A stretch of 64,000 bases of DNA, taken from positions 558,001-622,000 of the forward strand of contig MU008159.1 of NCBI GenBank assembly GCA_010909165.1. The letters are read 5' to 3'. This DNA comes from Anthoceros angustus. Lineage: Eukaryota; Plantae; Anthocerotophyta. Below are positions 22,701-37,859 of this stretch, piece after piece (positions within the stretch are counted from its first letter, which is position 1; each line of letters begins with the position of its first letter). The translations under genes were made by a program, and so were the position numbers. Below the pieces are notes generated by a model. It saw nothing but the letters and a program-made list of their open reading frames with translations, made no database searches and was not told the DNA's origin.

Positions 22701-25700
22701 CAAGACGGCTCTCACAAAATTCACTATAGTTTGATCGCCAGAGCCCTGCACTGAATATGAGAATATCATGAAACGTCCCCCTGACCCAGATGAAGCCGAC
22801 GCATCCAGATATAGGGGGTCACAGGGGCCAATGGCAGTTGGGCAAATGAGGTTTGCAACAGGTGAAACAGGACTGTTCGGCTGCTGCAATGGGACCTGTC
22901 CTTTCACAGGATCAGAAGTACCTGATTGTCACCATCAATCATCACATCAAACATCGGCTTCCTTCCAAGAGTTTGCTATGAATTGCACTCCATGCCAGTC
23001 AGTTTTCCAGATCAACTCGTAAAACTAAACTCCTAAAACCACAGTGGAGTCAAATTACCCTCAGCATTTAAGATGCTGCCACTCTTGATAGTGATGTAGT
23101 CACCGGAGCCGGAATCACCAGGAAGAATTTGAGCAGCATTTCCTAGTGAAATGATGAGAGTCCTAGGATCATAGAAAGTGCACAAGGGGTTTGAGCCAAG
23201 CTTTGGGAGAACAGAGACGTCAAGAAAAGCTGCACATCTATCTGCCCCACTGAGGTTGAACGATCCACTGAAATAGCCTGCACAGAGACGGGACTAATCA
23301 AAGTCATCAAGTGCAAGAAGCCCCAAACATTCAGAGAAACCAATGCACAGGCTTCGGAAAGTCCAGCCTACCACTGTCTGTGTCTTCGTCAAATAAGACC
23401 CTAATCCTGTTGAGGTTATCGGACAGTATGGCACCGGTGAGAGTGGGAGAATGATAGCTCAGGACATCAATCTGAAGCTCTATGACCGTGTTAACCCAGA
23501 TGATGGATATGTTAACCAACCCAGGACTTGTTGGAGTGAATCGAATAGAACCAGAATACTCCTTGGGTTTAGGGTAGAGTCGTAAAGTTGTAGAAGAACT
23601 CTCAGTACATCCGAAGTCCACTAGCAGTGAATAAACGGGACTCGAGAGAACCGACGGCAAAGAACAGTTCAAATTCCCACATACATCTCTTCCCATCACC
23701 GACACTAGGATTTCGTCACCTGCACGAGTAAAGGAAGGTGATACATTTACTGTACTTGTCAAATTCGAAATAGCTCCAGGAACGATCTCCACTGATCCAA
23801 CTACTGTAGACAAGGGGCCCTCTCCAGTGATATGTGTTTGGGAATCGATAAGCATAACATCATAGACATCTGCAACTGTGATAACTGTCGAGATGGAGAA
23901 GGAGGAACTCTTGTCCGTAGGTTCAATGGCAGCTGAGAACTTCAGACCATTCACAGGGAATGAAACTCGACAAATAGATGCTCAGTCAAATTTGGAATGG
24001 TGTATACACCGTTGTAATGCTGTTTGGTGCCACCATACGTCGAACACATACATACTCGCATCAGAAAACACAAAACAGCAGCTGATTGAACTTCCCCAAA
24101 CGCAAATGCATGACAACATGAAATGACCTCAGCGAACAGCATACCAGCTCTAAAATACTGAGCTCTCCAGCTTCCATGTCGTCCAAGGGCCACAGGACAA
24201 ATTCTGAGAGATCAATACGTGAAGACTCCACTGCAATGGAAAATACTCTTGCTTGTACACCATTTAAGAAAATGAACAATTCATAGATCCCTCCAAATAG
24301 CGGAGTGAAATACAGAACATGAAATGCACCACTACTATTCACCATAACTGAGGAACTGCTCAGGGAAGAAACGGGAATATGGTCTGCTCGTGCAGTGAAT
24401 ACATCACCTCCATGTATCCGCTGGAAAAGTTTGGGGTTACCAAACTCATCACATGGAACCAGAGTAATAGCTAGCTCACTGCCTACTTGAATGACATCAT
24501 GGTCATCAAACATTACACCCTCCTTGTACAACGTGTCTGGTGCATAAGTGTCTGGTGCATAGGTTAGGAATGTTGACTCAGATTTCAGATACAAAGTCCT
24601 TGCAGGGTGAGAAGGGCCAGGGACCAGAAACACCACGAATCCGCTATTTTTGATGAAAATGCTGCCGTCGAGGGAGGTTATCTCAACAACATACTTTTGA
24701 GACACTAAGAGATTCACGATAAATCCAAAAGGTCTCTTTTCCGTTGGCCCAACAGGGAATGATCTGTCCCCAATTCTGACAGCAAATGCAACAGTGCCTG
24801 GATCTGGAGATCCTGGCAAATCAATGCCATCAGCATCTCGGGGCTGGATACTCAGAATCAAGTCAGTGCCAACCACTCCCAATACCGGTTGTAACGGATG
24901 GATAGGCACTCCCAGAGAATCAAGGGCAACACTGTCTTTCACAGACCATGATCCAACCTGAGACTTCACCCTCACATACCTAGGCCAAAGCAAGTCATGT
25001 TAGAACCGGCAAGAAAACGAAGATAGCTTATGGGACATAGGCTGCAGTCCTGTCTGAGTGGCTGTGTACCTCGTAGGTCCAACCACCTTCCCATCATACA
25101 TGAGGGAAACTGCCAAGTTGGCCGTAGGGAGAACAGGCACATAAGAAATCTGAGCTGTCCCATTCCCAATTTTTGTAACGATGGGAGGGCTTGGCACAGC
25201 TGATGCTGGACTGAATGCAGCAGTTAGAATCTTAGAAGGCCATGTCAACACAATATTCTTAACTGAATCCTTAATGCGGACATAGAAAAGGGTAGCCTGT
25301 CAGATAACACCAACAAACTCCTGTCAGAAACTAAAGAGATCCTGTCTAGAGAGAGCAGAAATCCAGACAAGCAAAACAGAAACTCTCTTGCAAGTGCAGG
25401 TTTCAAAACTTATCCGCACACGTCATACCTGATTCACTATTCCACCAGAGTCGATGCCAGCTCCAAACAGGCCAAATGTGCGAGGATCCGGATTACCCGG
25501 TAGGACGCGCGTAAGAAAAGCTAAGTTACCAGGATCTCTGACAGTTTTCCCTAGGACATTGACCTGGACTTGCACAACCCCGGTAAAATTTGTATTGAAG
25601 CTCACGTCATATTGTGATCCGTTGCTGTCAACAAAAGGGTAGGGGGTGGTGAAAACAGGAGGGATATCTTCCGATGCTAAGATCACCACCAGCCCAGAGC

Positions 25701-28700
25701 GTACCAGAGCATCAATTGAAACGTTGTTATGAAACTGGTCAAAGAGCTGAATATGGAAAAAACAGGTGCCAACCGTACAACCATTGGGATTAAAGATTAA
25801 TTTTGTACTCTCAGCATCTGCATCAGCGGGTAAACTGTAACATAATCCTGGAAAAACAGCTCATCGTCAAGAAAGGCCAGAACAGTGTGATTGCCACTGA
25901 CTGTATGGGTGTACGATAGTAAGTACGCGCCATCCATCGTATCATTCAATGTTGCAGTTACGTTACTGTCACCGGAGACCAGAACTGCCCCAAAGTTGAG
26001 TCCCCCTCTCCAGAGTCTGTTCCCTGCCCAGTCTCTGCTGACTATTAATATGGTACCAGGTGCGCTGATGGTGATAGCATGTTGGTGGCCATTCAAAGTT
26101 ACAGTGCATTTCGAAAGATCAACAGAACCAGGAATGACAGCAAGCTCCACGTTTACAACCTCGAGCTCCCCATATTTGATCACAATTTGAGTAGCATTTG
26201 GCTGTGCTTCACCAGAACCAGCACGAACACAAAGATAGCTGAACCCATAGAGTCCACGGCCAAGACTGGTCATCATAGCAGATGCCCACTCGTCTGGAGC
26301 GGTCTCAACAATTTTAGTGATGTGAAACACATCGGAATCTGATAGGCGAACATTTCCAGAACTATCTCTAGACTGAAGAGTGATATTATGGGTCTCCCCA
26401 GAAACACATGGTCCAAGTGATGCTGGGTCAACTGTTGAGGTATAAGCACTCACCGGACCTGGAAGTATCTGGCCACCAGAAAAATAAGCTACAATGTCAA
26501 GTCCAGCCCGCCTGATACAACATGGAAACTGCGAATCACAACACTATTAGCAGGAACCTTGATCAAAAAAGGAGAACCCGAAATATTCATAAAACTTCTA
26601 GTCACATATAACAAGGACCACCCAGCCGTCTTCGGAGTGTAGTAGACTTCATAATTTGCTCCCGTCCACAAAGGGAACATAGGATCTGGCTGTAAGTACC
26701 GATCATTCACATCTTCCAAACTTTCAAGACGCACATCAAACAAGCTTCCCGCATCTAATATGGTGTTGTTCAGTACATCATACACATCGATAGTGAACCT
26801 GTGTATGCATCCAGACAAGAGGTAAGTCTCACAGTCACCATGCTCCAACATATGCATGCCTTTCTATCTCAATGCATTAGGATGCACTATTGAACCCTTG
26901 CTCTATTCCCATATTGACCAAGCTAACCTAGTTGATAGGCCTGCATAGATGGGAGCACCTCCACCCACTCCATCACCAGACGCTTTGCAGAAGGGTGTGA
27001 ACACTGGTCCAGCACCAACAAGCAGGTTAGGGAACCGTTTGGTCCCCAGGTCTCCAACTCTCACATCCAAAGTGTATATTCCACTTGCTTGAGCAACATA
27101 TGTGCAAATAGCACCTGCTGGCGAGAAAACAACTTTGCATTTCTGCTGCACAGAGCTCCTTAGACAAAAAGAGATTTTTGTCTCAGCAATCTCTGAGAAA
27201 TTAGTTATGTGATTGTCAAATTCATCATAGAGTTGTACCAAAAATGTTGTCAAAACCCCTGCCAATGCTATGGATGCCCCTTCACCAAGTACCTGAGTCA
27301 GAAACAGCTGTCAACAGAACCTGAACGTACCTGTGCTTGATTAGGTAATAAGCTCCGCTCTCAACAATTCATCATATCTGGTAAAGTGACAACAATGTAC
27401 CCAATAGCAATATATCCAGTGCATACCTGAGTGTTTGGGATGTATGGCACTCCTGGAGATGTTACCACTGAGATTTTTGAAGGGACCAATTCAGTCGATG
27501 ACCCATTACTCAACAGAAAATTAAACGTGTAAAGGCTACCTGTGACACGCAGATGGTACAATATCTTATCTCAGTTTGCTTCCCAGAACTCATCTGAAGA
27601 CACAAATGAGTACATCACAATAGAAGCCTGTGATACAAGGTCCACCTTCATACGCTGCTTGCGTAGGTACAAACTCCAGCACCCAAAAATGATACGGGAT
27701 TCCAGACGGGGTGGTGCCAGAACTGAGGATCAGAGGTGAGTACAAAGTCTCACTATTTGGCTGCAAAATTTGTGCCTCAAAAATATCCAAGGAGCTGACC
27801 ATATAATCCTGCAGATTAGCAAAACAGTCCATTGGCTGGACTTCAATGATTATTTCATCCATGCCTGATCTGTAGGCAGCTAAACTGCTCGCCAGCATGA
27901 CCCCTGTGGTCTCCACGGTGGTGGGACCTGAAACAACCTGTAGACACAGTCAGGTCAAGCAGTTGTCCCACAGCGCTGCGCTAAGGAGTACAAGACATTT
28001 GTTAAGATTTTAGAGTGCTGTTCATTCAGAAGGTCAGCAACCTAAAGCAATTATGGATCCTGAAACTTCAAATATGTTAAGATTTTTAGTCCTGAGGTTA
28101 CTTAGAAGGTAGGCAACCTAGAGCAATCATCGATCACGAAACTTAAAAGATGCACCTGAAGAGTGTAGCCTTTTCTATTTCCACCCAATGGAACTTGTTT
28201 TACACCCACTAGTATGTTGAAATTATACAATCCAGTGCTCTGTGCCAGAAACTCTAGAGAAAATGTTCCATTCCCGTTATCCAATGAAGTAAAATTAGGG
28301 GAATAAGAACCCATATTGTTGCTGTTGATTAGAGACAAGCTTACATAGCCGTTACCAAGATCCGGACTGTAAAACAAAGCGACACCATTTGCATCCACCA
28401 ACTGCACATTAATAGCTGCAATTTGACCCACAACAATGATTCCCCCCAACACTCCAGTAGCTACACACCTCTCCGGAGAAGTAAGTCTCATTTTGGTTTG
28501 GACAACAACTTGAAAGGGGCTCAAAGCTATTGGGCTTCCAGCAAACTGGATGGAAACATTTACAACAGAGACCTTCCTAGCTATGTATGTAACTAGGCAT
28601 TGTCCGTTAAAGGGAGCTATAGTGCTGAACTCCAGGCTAGGATCCGCAGTTATAGACAAATCTTTGCAGATGGCAGGAGAAACATCAGAACCTTGAACAT

Positions 28701-31700
28701 TATTTAGACCATCCTGAGCCTCAAGTAATATGGCACTGCTTGGGCAGGCAAGTTTGGTACAAACAAGAGCTGCAGTCAACCCACATCCACGCGCAATACA
28801 GCTGCCTGGAAGCACATCCCCTGGAAGAACAGTGCCAATGAAAGGACTCCCCACAACCTTCAACTGTGTCAGGTCTGACAAGAAGATTAAATCAAGTAAC
28901 AACTGCCCACTCTTTAGTGGTTGATAGTATAACCAAATCCCACCAGTTTCATCTGTCGATATGTTTGTGAAGGCACTTGCATCTTGACCATGGTAGTCAA
29001 CAAATCCATTTCCGTTCCCAGCTCGCACGCTGATTTTTGCTGCCAAGTAAGGAATGTAACCAATAGATTTCTCACTTGGGACAGACAGCAAATTGCCAAA
29101 CTTATCATAAAGTTGTAGCAATATTGAACTTGGCTGCCCTGCTATTGTGAGATTGTTCCCAAGACCCTGTCCACTGGGCCTTGTTCGAGTGAGATCCACA
29201 GGACCTGCATCAACTTTATAGTAACATATGGTGACCCATGGTCCTCCGATGAGATGATCATTTATAAACAAGGATATGTTATAGAATCCGGCAACCATGA
29301 CAGAAAAGGTAACAGAGTATGTCCCATCATAGTTATCCACAACAAGAGGAGGTGCCACAATATTTTCCGCCAGCATTTCTCCGCCGCTTAATATCTGAAG
29401 GTCACGAAACTCTACATATCCTGAAGACGTGTTCTCCAGGAAGAGCTTACGGTCTTCCAAAGGGAGGGCTGACCACAAACTTTTCGATCGCTGTTTCACC
29501 TTACCACTACCAGAACGGGAGATTATCCCTGGATAGTGTGACACAAGGCAAAAAGCCAACAAGTTACAACCATGCCCAGGCAATTCACAACTCCAAATTA
29601 CTACAGGTTTTACAAGGTCACCTACAGTTTGAAGTAGCATTTCTCTCCTGGTAAGCAAGCTGCACAGCTGCAGATACATTTAGAGCTGGCACAAACCTCC
29701 CAATATTCCCAAAAGAATCTTTTGGTAGTACATCAACCCTCCAATTCAAACCATGACTGTCCGCCCATTGCTGCCCCTGGATAATGTCAGTCTTTGCTAC
29801 ATTCACTTCACCAGGGATAAGACGATACTTGAATGGGCTGCCAGATATCTGCTGGGATGTGCCATTCCCGTATACCAAGCTGATTGAAAGAGAATATAAG
29901 AGATCAAAATAAGCGCTCAACCCTGGATCAAAGTATGTTGCCATAGTAGCACAAAAAGTGACATCATACGTTCCAGCCCTACTTCCTCGGTAGTCGTAGG
30001 AAGGAAAAGTGTCAGCTGGGTATGTCGCAGGAAGGCCTGCAATGGAATAACCAGTCAATATGAACGGAGTCAAAACACAACCAACAACCAGTCCACTGCT
30101 TCCCTCTGTTCACAGAAGGCAAGTCATATCCTAAAAACTGATGAGTGTTGTGACCTTGTGAAATTATCTGAAGAAGCACATTACACTAACCTGTAGGATC
30201 AGGATAAAATCTAACATCAAGTATGTCAACAATTGAATCGTCTTGCATATTTCCATGAACATCTCGAATGAACACTTTCAGCTTCCCAACACTACCTGCC
30301 ACCAATGTTGCACTTGACAGAGAGGTATTCAGTCTTCCAGCAAACGAGTCCACGACCGCAAACGAGTTTTCTGCAGACGATGGAAGAAAAGGAGCAGTCA
30401 CAGTGAAAGGGCTGCCATTCAAATCTCTGTCTCCTATTAAGATCCGACACGAATAATTTCCTGGATAGAGGACACTGTAATTTGCCACCAACTCCAACGT
30501 TCCATCCTGGGAATTGCTACTAGATGAAGTAGTGGCATAAACAGGTGGAAGTGTTTCCGTCTCCAGAACAACAACAAATGCACGTGAAGTATCCCCTGAG
30601 CATGTATTGTTCCATTTATCCAGGCATGTAATTAGCATGATACTTTCAGCTCCACTGACTGTACTAGTAAGCCCCTGTCCTCCCACTATAGTAGATGTGT
30701 CTGCCGAAGGTTGATCTGCTACAACCATGACAGTGCAGTAAAACACAGCACCAAGTCCAGAGACATCAACTGCGGTGAAGCTTATGTTGTACAGTCCAGC
30801 GTCAGTGATGTTGTACAGCACTTCAAAGGTGGCAGAGGATGACATCACACAGACTGGAGCAGTCAGTTCTACACCTGAGTCAATGTTGGAAACTGTGGCA
30901 CTGCAATTTATTCCTTCACTTAGCTCATTTCCATAGGAATCTTGAAGGTAGATGGTTATACTGCCCAATGCACCTGCTATAGTTTCTGTGAGGAAACGAA
31001 CTGTACTCTTGTGGGCCACAGGAGGCCCAGGGTAGAAGTCCACTGGCATGCAACTGGAACCTGAAAGCACAAACAGGAATTAGCTTATGGGACTCCTGAC
31101 ATATTATTAACAGAAATTAGCTCAGTCTGACGGGGCATGTGGAAAACGATGCCCACCTGATAAAAGTTCGTCATTAAGTGTGCATGACATGTTGTAGGCT
31201 CCAGCCTTGGTGACAGTCAGGGAGGCAATCAGGGAGCCATTTTCAGCGACTGATGTGATACCGTATGCAAGCTCTCCTGTGCTAGCTCTAGCCACCAGTG
31301 AGAACTTGTCATTTGATAGAGGATAGGACGATGTATATACCTGCTCATTTAGCCACTCATCAACAGGGACAATCAGGCTTGAGAAAACAGTCCCAACTGG
31401 GCATGAACGTGGTATTTGAGCAGACAGCCTGGTAGTTTTCGAGCTTGTTGCTCCGGGTAATACTGTGATAGACTGATTCAAGAATGCCGTGTCATCAATC
31501 TTGAGCGTCAGGTTGTAGTTTCCAGCTACATTGATGACATAAGATACTATATAGGTCCCATTCTCCAAATCTTCCACACGACCAGAATATGGGGAGGATC
31601 AATAATCAGATTAAGCAATGCCCCTCCAGCATACAGTGGAATGCCGTTTTCATCCGCTGCATCGAGACTGAAGACAGTCTCCTGATTTGCAACAGAACCA

Positions 31701-34700
31701 AAAAGTCCAGGGCACGTGTCCACAAAAGGAAATCCCCCACAGACTATAAACTTGGCAGCATCAAGAGATCTCATGCCTATAGAATCCAAGACAGGTACCA
31801 ATGCAGGGCTTCCTTTCACATCCACGCCGAACCATGACACAGAAACCGAGTAGTTACCAGGCTGAGGAGTGACATACGTTACACCATACCTTCCTCCCCA
31901 GTTGTGCTTGTCAACAATAGTTATCATTCCTAGATTGCAGAGTCCCGACTTGCAAAGTTGGACCCGGAAGGGCTCACCAAAACTTCCAGGGTCATTTTTT
32001 GAATTGCCAACTGAGTCACGAGCATTGATGTAGAAGGTGGCAGGCATGTTAATAACTGTTCCCCTCAACCCCACGCCTGAGATGTAAGTTTTCCTTACAT
32101 CCAAACGACCAGTACTCTGTACGGATGAGTAAATGATGGACTCATTTTTGAATGCGATTGTTAAATGTGACATGCCTGCTTGCATGGTGGTGAAGTTGAA
32201 CCCAAAGAAACTTGCAGAATAAATCAAAAGTAAAGGAGAAACATGGACTTGAAGAGAGGAAATCTCATTTTCAGCTCCCGGGAAAGGGCTGATAGTTCCC
32301 GTTATTTTAAACAAAGCCATGTCGTCCAGAGTCACCTTCACTATGTTTCCATACAAGTCTCGGTTAGTAACAAGCACTGATACGTTCTCACCTGCAAGGC
32401 TGTAAATTATACTGGGAGTAGTGAATAACATCTGTCTACAATCTATTTCCCCTGGTGCAACAGTAACTTGAGTTTCCAACCTCTCATGTTCCCAGCCAAA
32501 GGATATGGCATAAACCCCAGCTCGCTCTGTGATGAATGACAGACTGTACACACTCCCCAGAATGCTAGTCACTTGGACATATGCATTAACATCTTCATGT
32601 GTGGCCCGCACAGTTACAAATTCATGAACCAGGAGGCCATTGTCATCAAGAGTGACATTGTTTCCAAAACTGTCCATCAGCTGCAACTGGAATGAGCCAC
32701 TTTCTCCAGCAATTGCGTCCATGACTTCACTCACTATGCAGTCTAACGGAGAAACAGGACCGGAAATGACAGATAGTTCAAAACCGGTTAGGAAAGGCTT
32801 GTTGTCCAGCAAGACAGTCACCTGCAGCAAATGGAGAGGATCCCTTCAAGGACTTTCAAACATGGCAATTGGGACATGTGAGATGCAACTCTCCACCAAG
32901 CTTCACAATCTGCCCGAGCGTAACAGTAAATGTTCACAAGAATGACAAGACCAGTACACCACACAAACGAAGTAGAAGTAGAAGCAGACTGCCTCTCTTT
33001 GGCCTACAAACTAGCTAGTCAAAGCAGAGCACAGGTGTCACCTGATAATTCTGGGCAATAGTGATTCCAATAATTATGCCCTCAAAGTGTTCACCAACAC
33101 CTAAAAGGGGGTAGGAAAAGTTGTAGCCCCTCTCGAATATGTTCAGGATGATTTGCTTTGCAGCTAGTCCACGGCTCCCAATCTTGTTGTCGTATAAGTC
33201 TCTGACATCAAGCTTGACCAAAGTTGCACTTCCCGCCGAGACATTGCTACTGAGGGAAAGAAGTGAATTGGCTCCAAACGGACTGGACGGTTCGACAGTC
33301 AAGGAAACCCCTGATCCTAATAGAGGGATCAGACCAAGAAACGATTCCTCTACAACGATAGATCGACCAAAATAGGCCTTCACAGTATACTCACGCGCCA
33401 ACGTAACATGAAATACTGCTGTATAGCTCCCTGCAACTGGAGCTCCAATGGCATCCACAATTGGGTTGATGTCTCCAAACAGGGGATTTTCATCAGTGTC
33501 GAAGAGCCCAACCATCAGCTGAAGTTCAGCGAGTCCATTTTGAAAGGAGCTGGCAGCTGGGTTACCTGAGCCCTCCACATACATCACAAGTGGGTGTTGT
33601 CATATTACATAGGGTACAAACACTGCTGAAATTGACGTGACAGCACCTCTCTGGAATATCTATGGATGCCCTCCACAACCATCAAATCAGGAAGATGAAT
33701 GTGTAAACTCTCAAAGCCAGAAACTCTTTTCAAGATTTACCATATACGTCCACCAGCTCAACATTGCAGGAGACTGAGGTGCCAGCTTTCACTCTGGAAG
33801 AAGTAGCTCTTATTGATGACTTGGATGCCAATGCCATCCCAGATACAACGGTCAAAACATAAGGCATATTCATTATTGGTGTGTCTCCAAGCAAAACTGA
33901 AATAGAATATTTTCCAGGATAGGTGACGCTAATGCCAAAATCACAGTCGACATTAGCACGGGAATCTGAACAGCGATCAGCAAACAGAACTAGAGAGGCG
34001 TTGTTTGCTGCTGACATAACGATGGTGAAGTTATTGATCACCTCATAAGATGGTTCAGAGCATCTGCAAGAGATACATCATCAAAGAAATGCAGCCAGAT
34101 CAAAATTCATCGGGAAATCGGCTCACATGTCGATCTCTAAGACGAGGTTTTGGTCCATGACAAGTACGCTAGTTTACTCGTTTATGCAATTTTGCTTCTC
34201 AAATCACGTTATTCACTAACCTAATGTTGAGTGTGTGTTTGCCCACCAGTACTACAGACGAAGATATCTCGTGGTCTGGTTCTAGGTTAAACTTGGCTGC
34301 ATCCTCTGACTCATTCTGGAATGTGGTGAAGTTCCGCTGACCTTCAGAAACAGCTGATCCTTCCACGGTTACGGATACGTAGTAAGTCTCCACTCTGATC
34401 AGTGTGAACCGAACTGAATAGACTCCTTGACCAAGTGGCACTATTGTCGCTGGTCTTAACAGCGAAGAACCATCTGAGCTCCTTATGTCAACAGAGAAAG
34501 GAATGGGATGAATAATCACAGTCTTGACCAGTCTATTTTCGTCTCGGGCTGTAATGTTGAAGCCCACCGTCTGCCCCACCGGATAAATATCTTGGAATCT
34601 ATGACAGGCATGACCACGTGTTCGTGATTTCCCTGGGAAACGAGCTAATGTGGATCAGAGAGTCGAGAACAACATGGTGGAAGTTGTACCCGGAGATAAA

Positions 34701-35273
34701 ACTGTGTCTTGATGAAAGCTTTCCTGCCACGTTGAACTCATATATCCTGTCATCGATAGGTTCACACACCTCCTCCTCGGAGCAAGAAAGGACATGAAAA
34801 GAATACGAGCCGATTGCCAACACAGAAATTGTTATAGCATACGCGCCTGGAACAGAGTCAATCGGAGCTGATGGGAAATACTCGTCCTGTGGAGAGACAA
34901 CTGCACGCAGCATAACATCTACGACAGGTTGCTCCCCATGAGTCGTGTTGGGAGCAAAAATAGTCAAACTTGCTCCTGAACCAGTGTCTCTCACGACAAC
35001 AACGTAGCCTTGCGTGGACTGCCTGCTATAGGACTTCCGCACACCAAAGTCTGCCGCAGTGAAAGTGACCACGTAACATGACCATAGCAGACCCAGCAAA
35101 CACAGATATATGGTGAAGCCAACCTTGATGCTCCTTGCCGCTCCCTGAAAAAATGAAATCCACACACAACGTGTCAACCTGGAAGACACTATCTGCGTAA
35201 CCCTATGCAGCCCCCACCATGCGGTCCAGCTCTTATCCTCCATGCAAAATATCACCGTAATCGTTCTAAACAA
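19789..35273 (-). CDS. Giant multi-exon filamin/Ig-like-repeat + PKD/REJ-module protein, copy A (both ends unresolved; apparent 1-nt frameshifts)
   Basis: About 20+ exons joined by GT-AG introns. N-terminal hydrophobic segment VGFTIYLCLLGLLWSCYVVTFTAA. Many filamin-type repeats (xAG..x.I...D..GN; D..DGTY.V.Y/F; G.Y...V; I.GSPF.V.V.PG). C-terminal REJ-like region (GPCDPLYLDASASSGSGGR; IIGGSRTV..FTLEAVVIDPDD..YTWRC; LFIPPHTLVGGASY; PSGGTV..GQTLYTLVAHGW..LQYEFRY). Confidence 0.82.
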
Positions 35274-36016
35274 ACGAGTCCGTCAAACAGAGATCAAATA
35301 CTACCAGCTACTCGATGTGACAACTACTACTTCTACTCTGAATCCATCATCATGCAACACATACCATGACGAGCAGCAAGTCACACTATCTTCTCGGGGC
35401 AAGACACGCTCCACCCAAACTCGCCGTGACACACTCTTTATTATGTAACCACAGAGTAAGCCACCAGACCCAGAGTTTCATACGACATCCTGGCATCAGG
35501 ACATCAGCATCTCCTGCTCCATTTTGCAAACGCAGCCCACTCCAGATGCCAGAGGCGCGGGGATTGGACAGAGCGACGAAAGAACGCAGACTCCCTCTGC
35601 CCGCCAGCGTTACGGACGCACGCCACCTATGTTGGTTCACCAAACTGGAACCCATCCATAGATTTCCCACAGGCAGGCTTTACCCGCCTGATCCTCAAGA
35701 CAGCAAGTTCCCGGATGTGCACGCTTGGCTGGAAAATCAAGGAATCAGGAGCCGATGTCTTGCGATTGCAAAGATGGTCCATCTCGGAAGCCGACTGCCA
35801 CACCTTCTTGTCTGTGTACATATACATATCACAGCCAGAGGTCCTTCCTACACAGAAGGATCTCCCTCCCTAGCAAAATCCCCTTACCTTCATCACCTCC
35901 ATTGAATGCATTTCTGAGCATGGGGACCAGACTTGCCTTCAGAGATCAGCGTGTCCCGGGACATGGTCTCTGTACTCCGTCCCTTCATCGGGACTAACCC
36001 ATTTAGTAAATGGGCT

Positions 36017-36170
36017 CGCTAACCATCGGTCAGTAAACCCCAGGTTGGAGCTTGGCTAACCACAGGTCAGTTAACCCAAGGTTAAACCCTTGGCTAACCA
36101 TATGTCAGCGAACCCAAGGTTAAAGCTTGCAAACCGTGGGTCAGTAAACCCTGAGTTAAAGCATTGGAGT
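36017..36170. repeat. Four ~37-bp tandem units upstream of copy A
   Basis: gctaacc...gtcagt.aaccc.aggtt..a.cttg x4; a single unit is present at 56261-56300 upstream of copy B. Confidence 0.75.
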
Positions 36171-37859
36171 AACGCAAGACCTGCTGGTACCTACAGGGTA
36201 ATAACGCGATTCCCGGTCTCCGCCCGGTGCCCGGTTTCGCTGCGGGGCATCATGTCCATGAACGAATTCCTTGCAATGCCGCTGCGGCTGGGCACATTGG
36301 GTGCATCGCGCATTGCTCACAATCAAAATTAACCTTTCATAATTTTAATATAAATTATAATTCTATATTTAAAAACAAAATATGTTAGCTTAAATATTTT
36401 TTTATGTTCTTGGATATTTGGTTGTGTCTTATAGAATTACATTAGCACTTAGAAAATATTATACAAATTATAAGTCTTGTGTAAAAATATACGTAATTAA
36501 ATCAAGCCGAAAGTCATATCCCAAACTTCTTCAAGTAAACAATCACATCCCAAACCTCATAAGTAAAAGTGACAATCATAGAGTGTGAGATAAACAAACA
36601 TATGTGATATGTGTTCCTCGAAGAGAGCATTTGCATATATGACCCTAACACTAGCATGCAAGCGTTATTGCTCCTTTATGATTCGCCTCTTCCTAAGCCC
36701 ATCTCATGAACTCGTCGTTCAGCCACACGCATTTATTACTAGCAAATATAGTGCAACATTTATTACTAGCAAATATAATTGTGCAACTTTGTTTAGGACT
36801 GAACGTCATTTTATCAATGGTAGCCGAATCATTGTTCTAGATGCTTGAGCTTGGTTATTATCCTAAATAATATTTATTTATTTATTTTTAAATTATTTAT
36901 TATGTATAACTTATATGACCATAAACTTTGTTTTGACTGCGACAATAGAAATGCCATACTAAGAGACATGGTTGATCTCATGACCCCATGGATAAGGGGC
37001 TGGTCTACCAAACTAGAATTTATGGATTCGATCCTTAGTGTGATCACACTTTTAGTAAGAATGTCACAACCAGGAGAGAAACAAAAGCTCTTTAAAAATA
37101 CAATGGAATATAATAACACTTTGCAACTATGCTATCAAATGTAATCTCTACGTTTGAACATTTTAGCTTGCATGAATGTAATAAAAATTTACTAACATCA
37201 ATTACAGGTACATCAGCTCGTACATAGTTGTATAGCTCTTGGAAAAAATACTTCATTTAAATAATAATAATAATATACATATATATACAATCTGGACTGT
37301 AGTAGACTTCTTCTTCTTTTTGTTCTTCGATGTAAGCAACCTCATAGCTTCATCCATTAGAGCTCTAGAGATATTAAATGAGCGATTGATATGGAAAGAG
37401 CTGTCGATAATGCACATTACATGTCTCCATGGTGACATCAAATTGTGATATTTAAATATGACGCTGGTCACTATGATTTCGCCAATACCCAGGTTTTATA
37501 AGTTGAAAAGGATTCATAAGGATTGAGGGGTTTCATCACTTAAATGGTTTCAATATATTACTTTAAACTGGAAGTGTTTGTTCACAAGATTTGGTCATTC
37601 CCAAGCCACTCTTTTAAGCCCCAGTGGAAGATATGTGTCGTGTATCGCATGAGGTAAGCACTTGCATTCATATGAGTACTTCCTCAACAAACAACCAAGC
37701 AAAACAAATCTAATATGCAAATATAGGTGCAAACCAATCCCCTTGATAATGTAAGACTCCAAGTCAAAACATAATCATTAGTAGGACTACACACGTGTGC
37801 ACCTCATATAGCGCATTCTGCACAAATCCAATTCCTTTCGGGAACCTCGTCCAAAGGTT

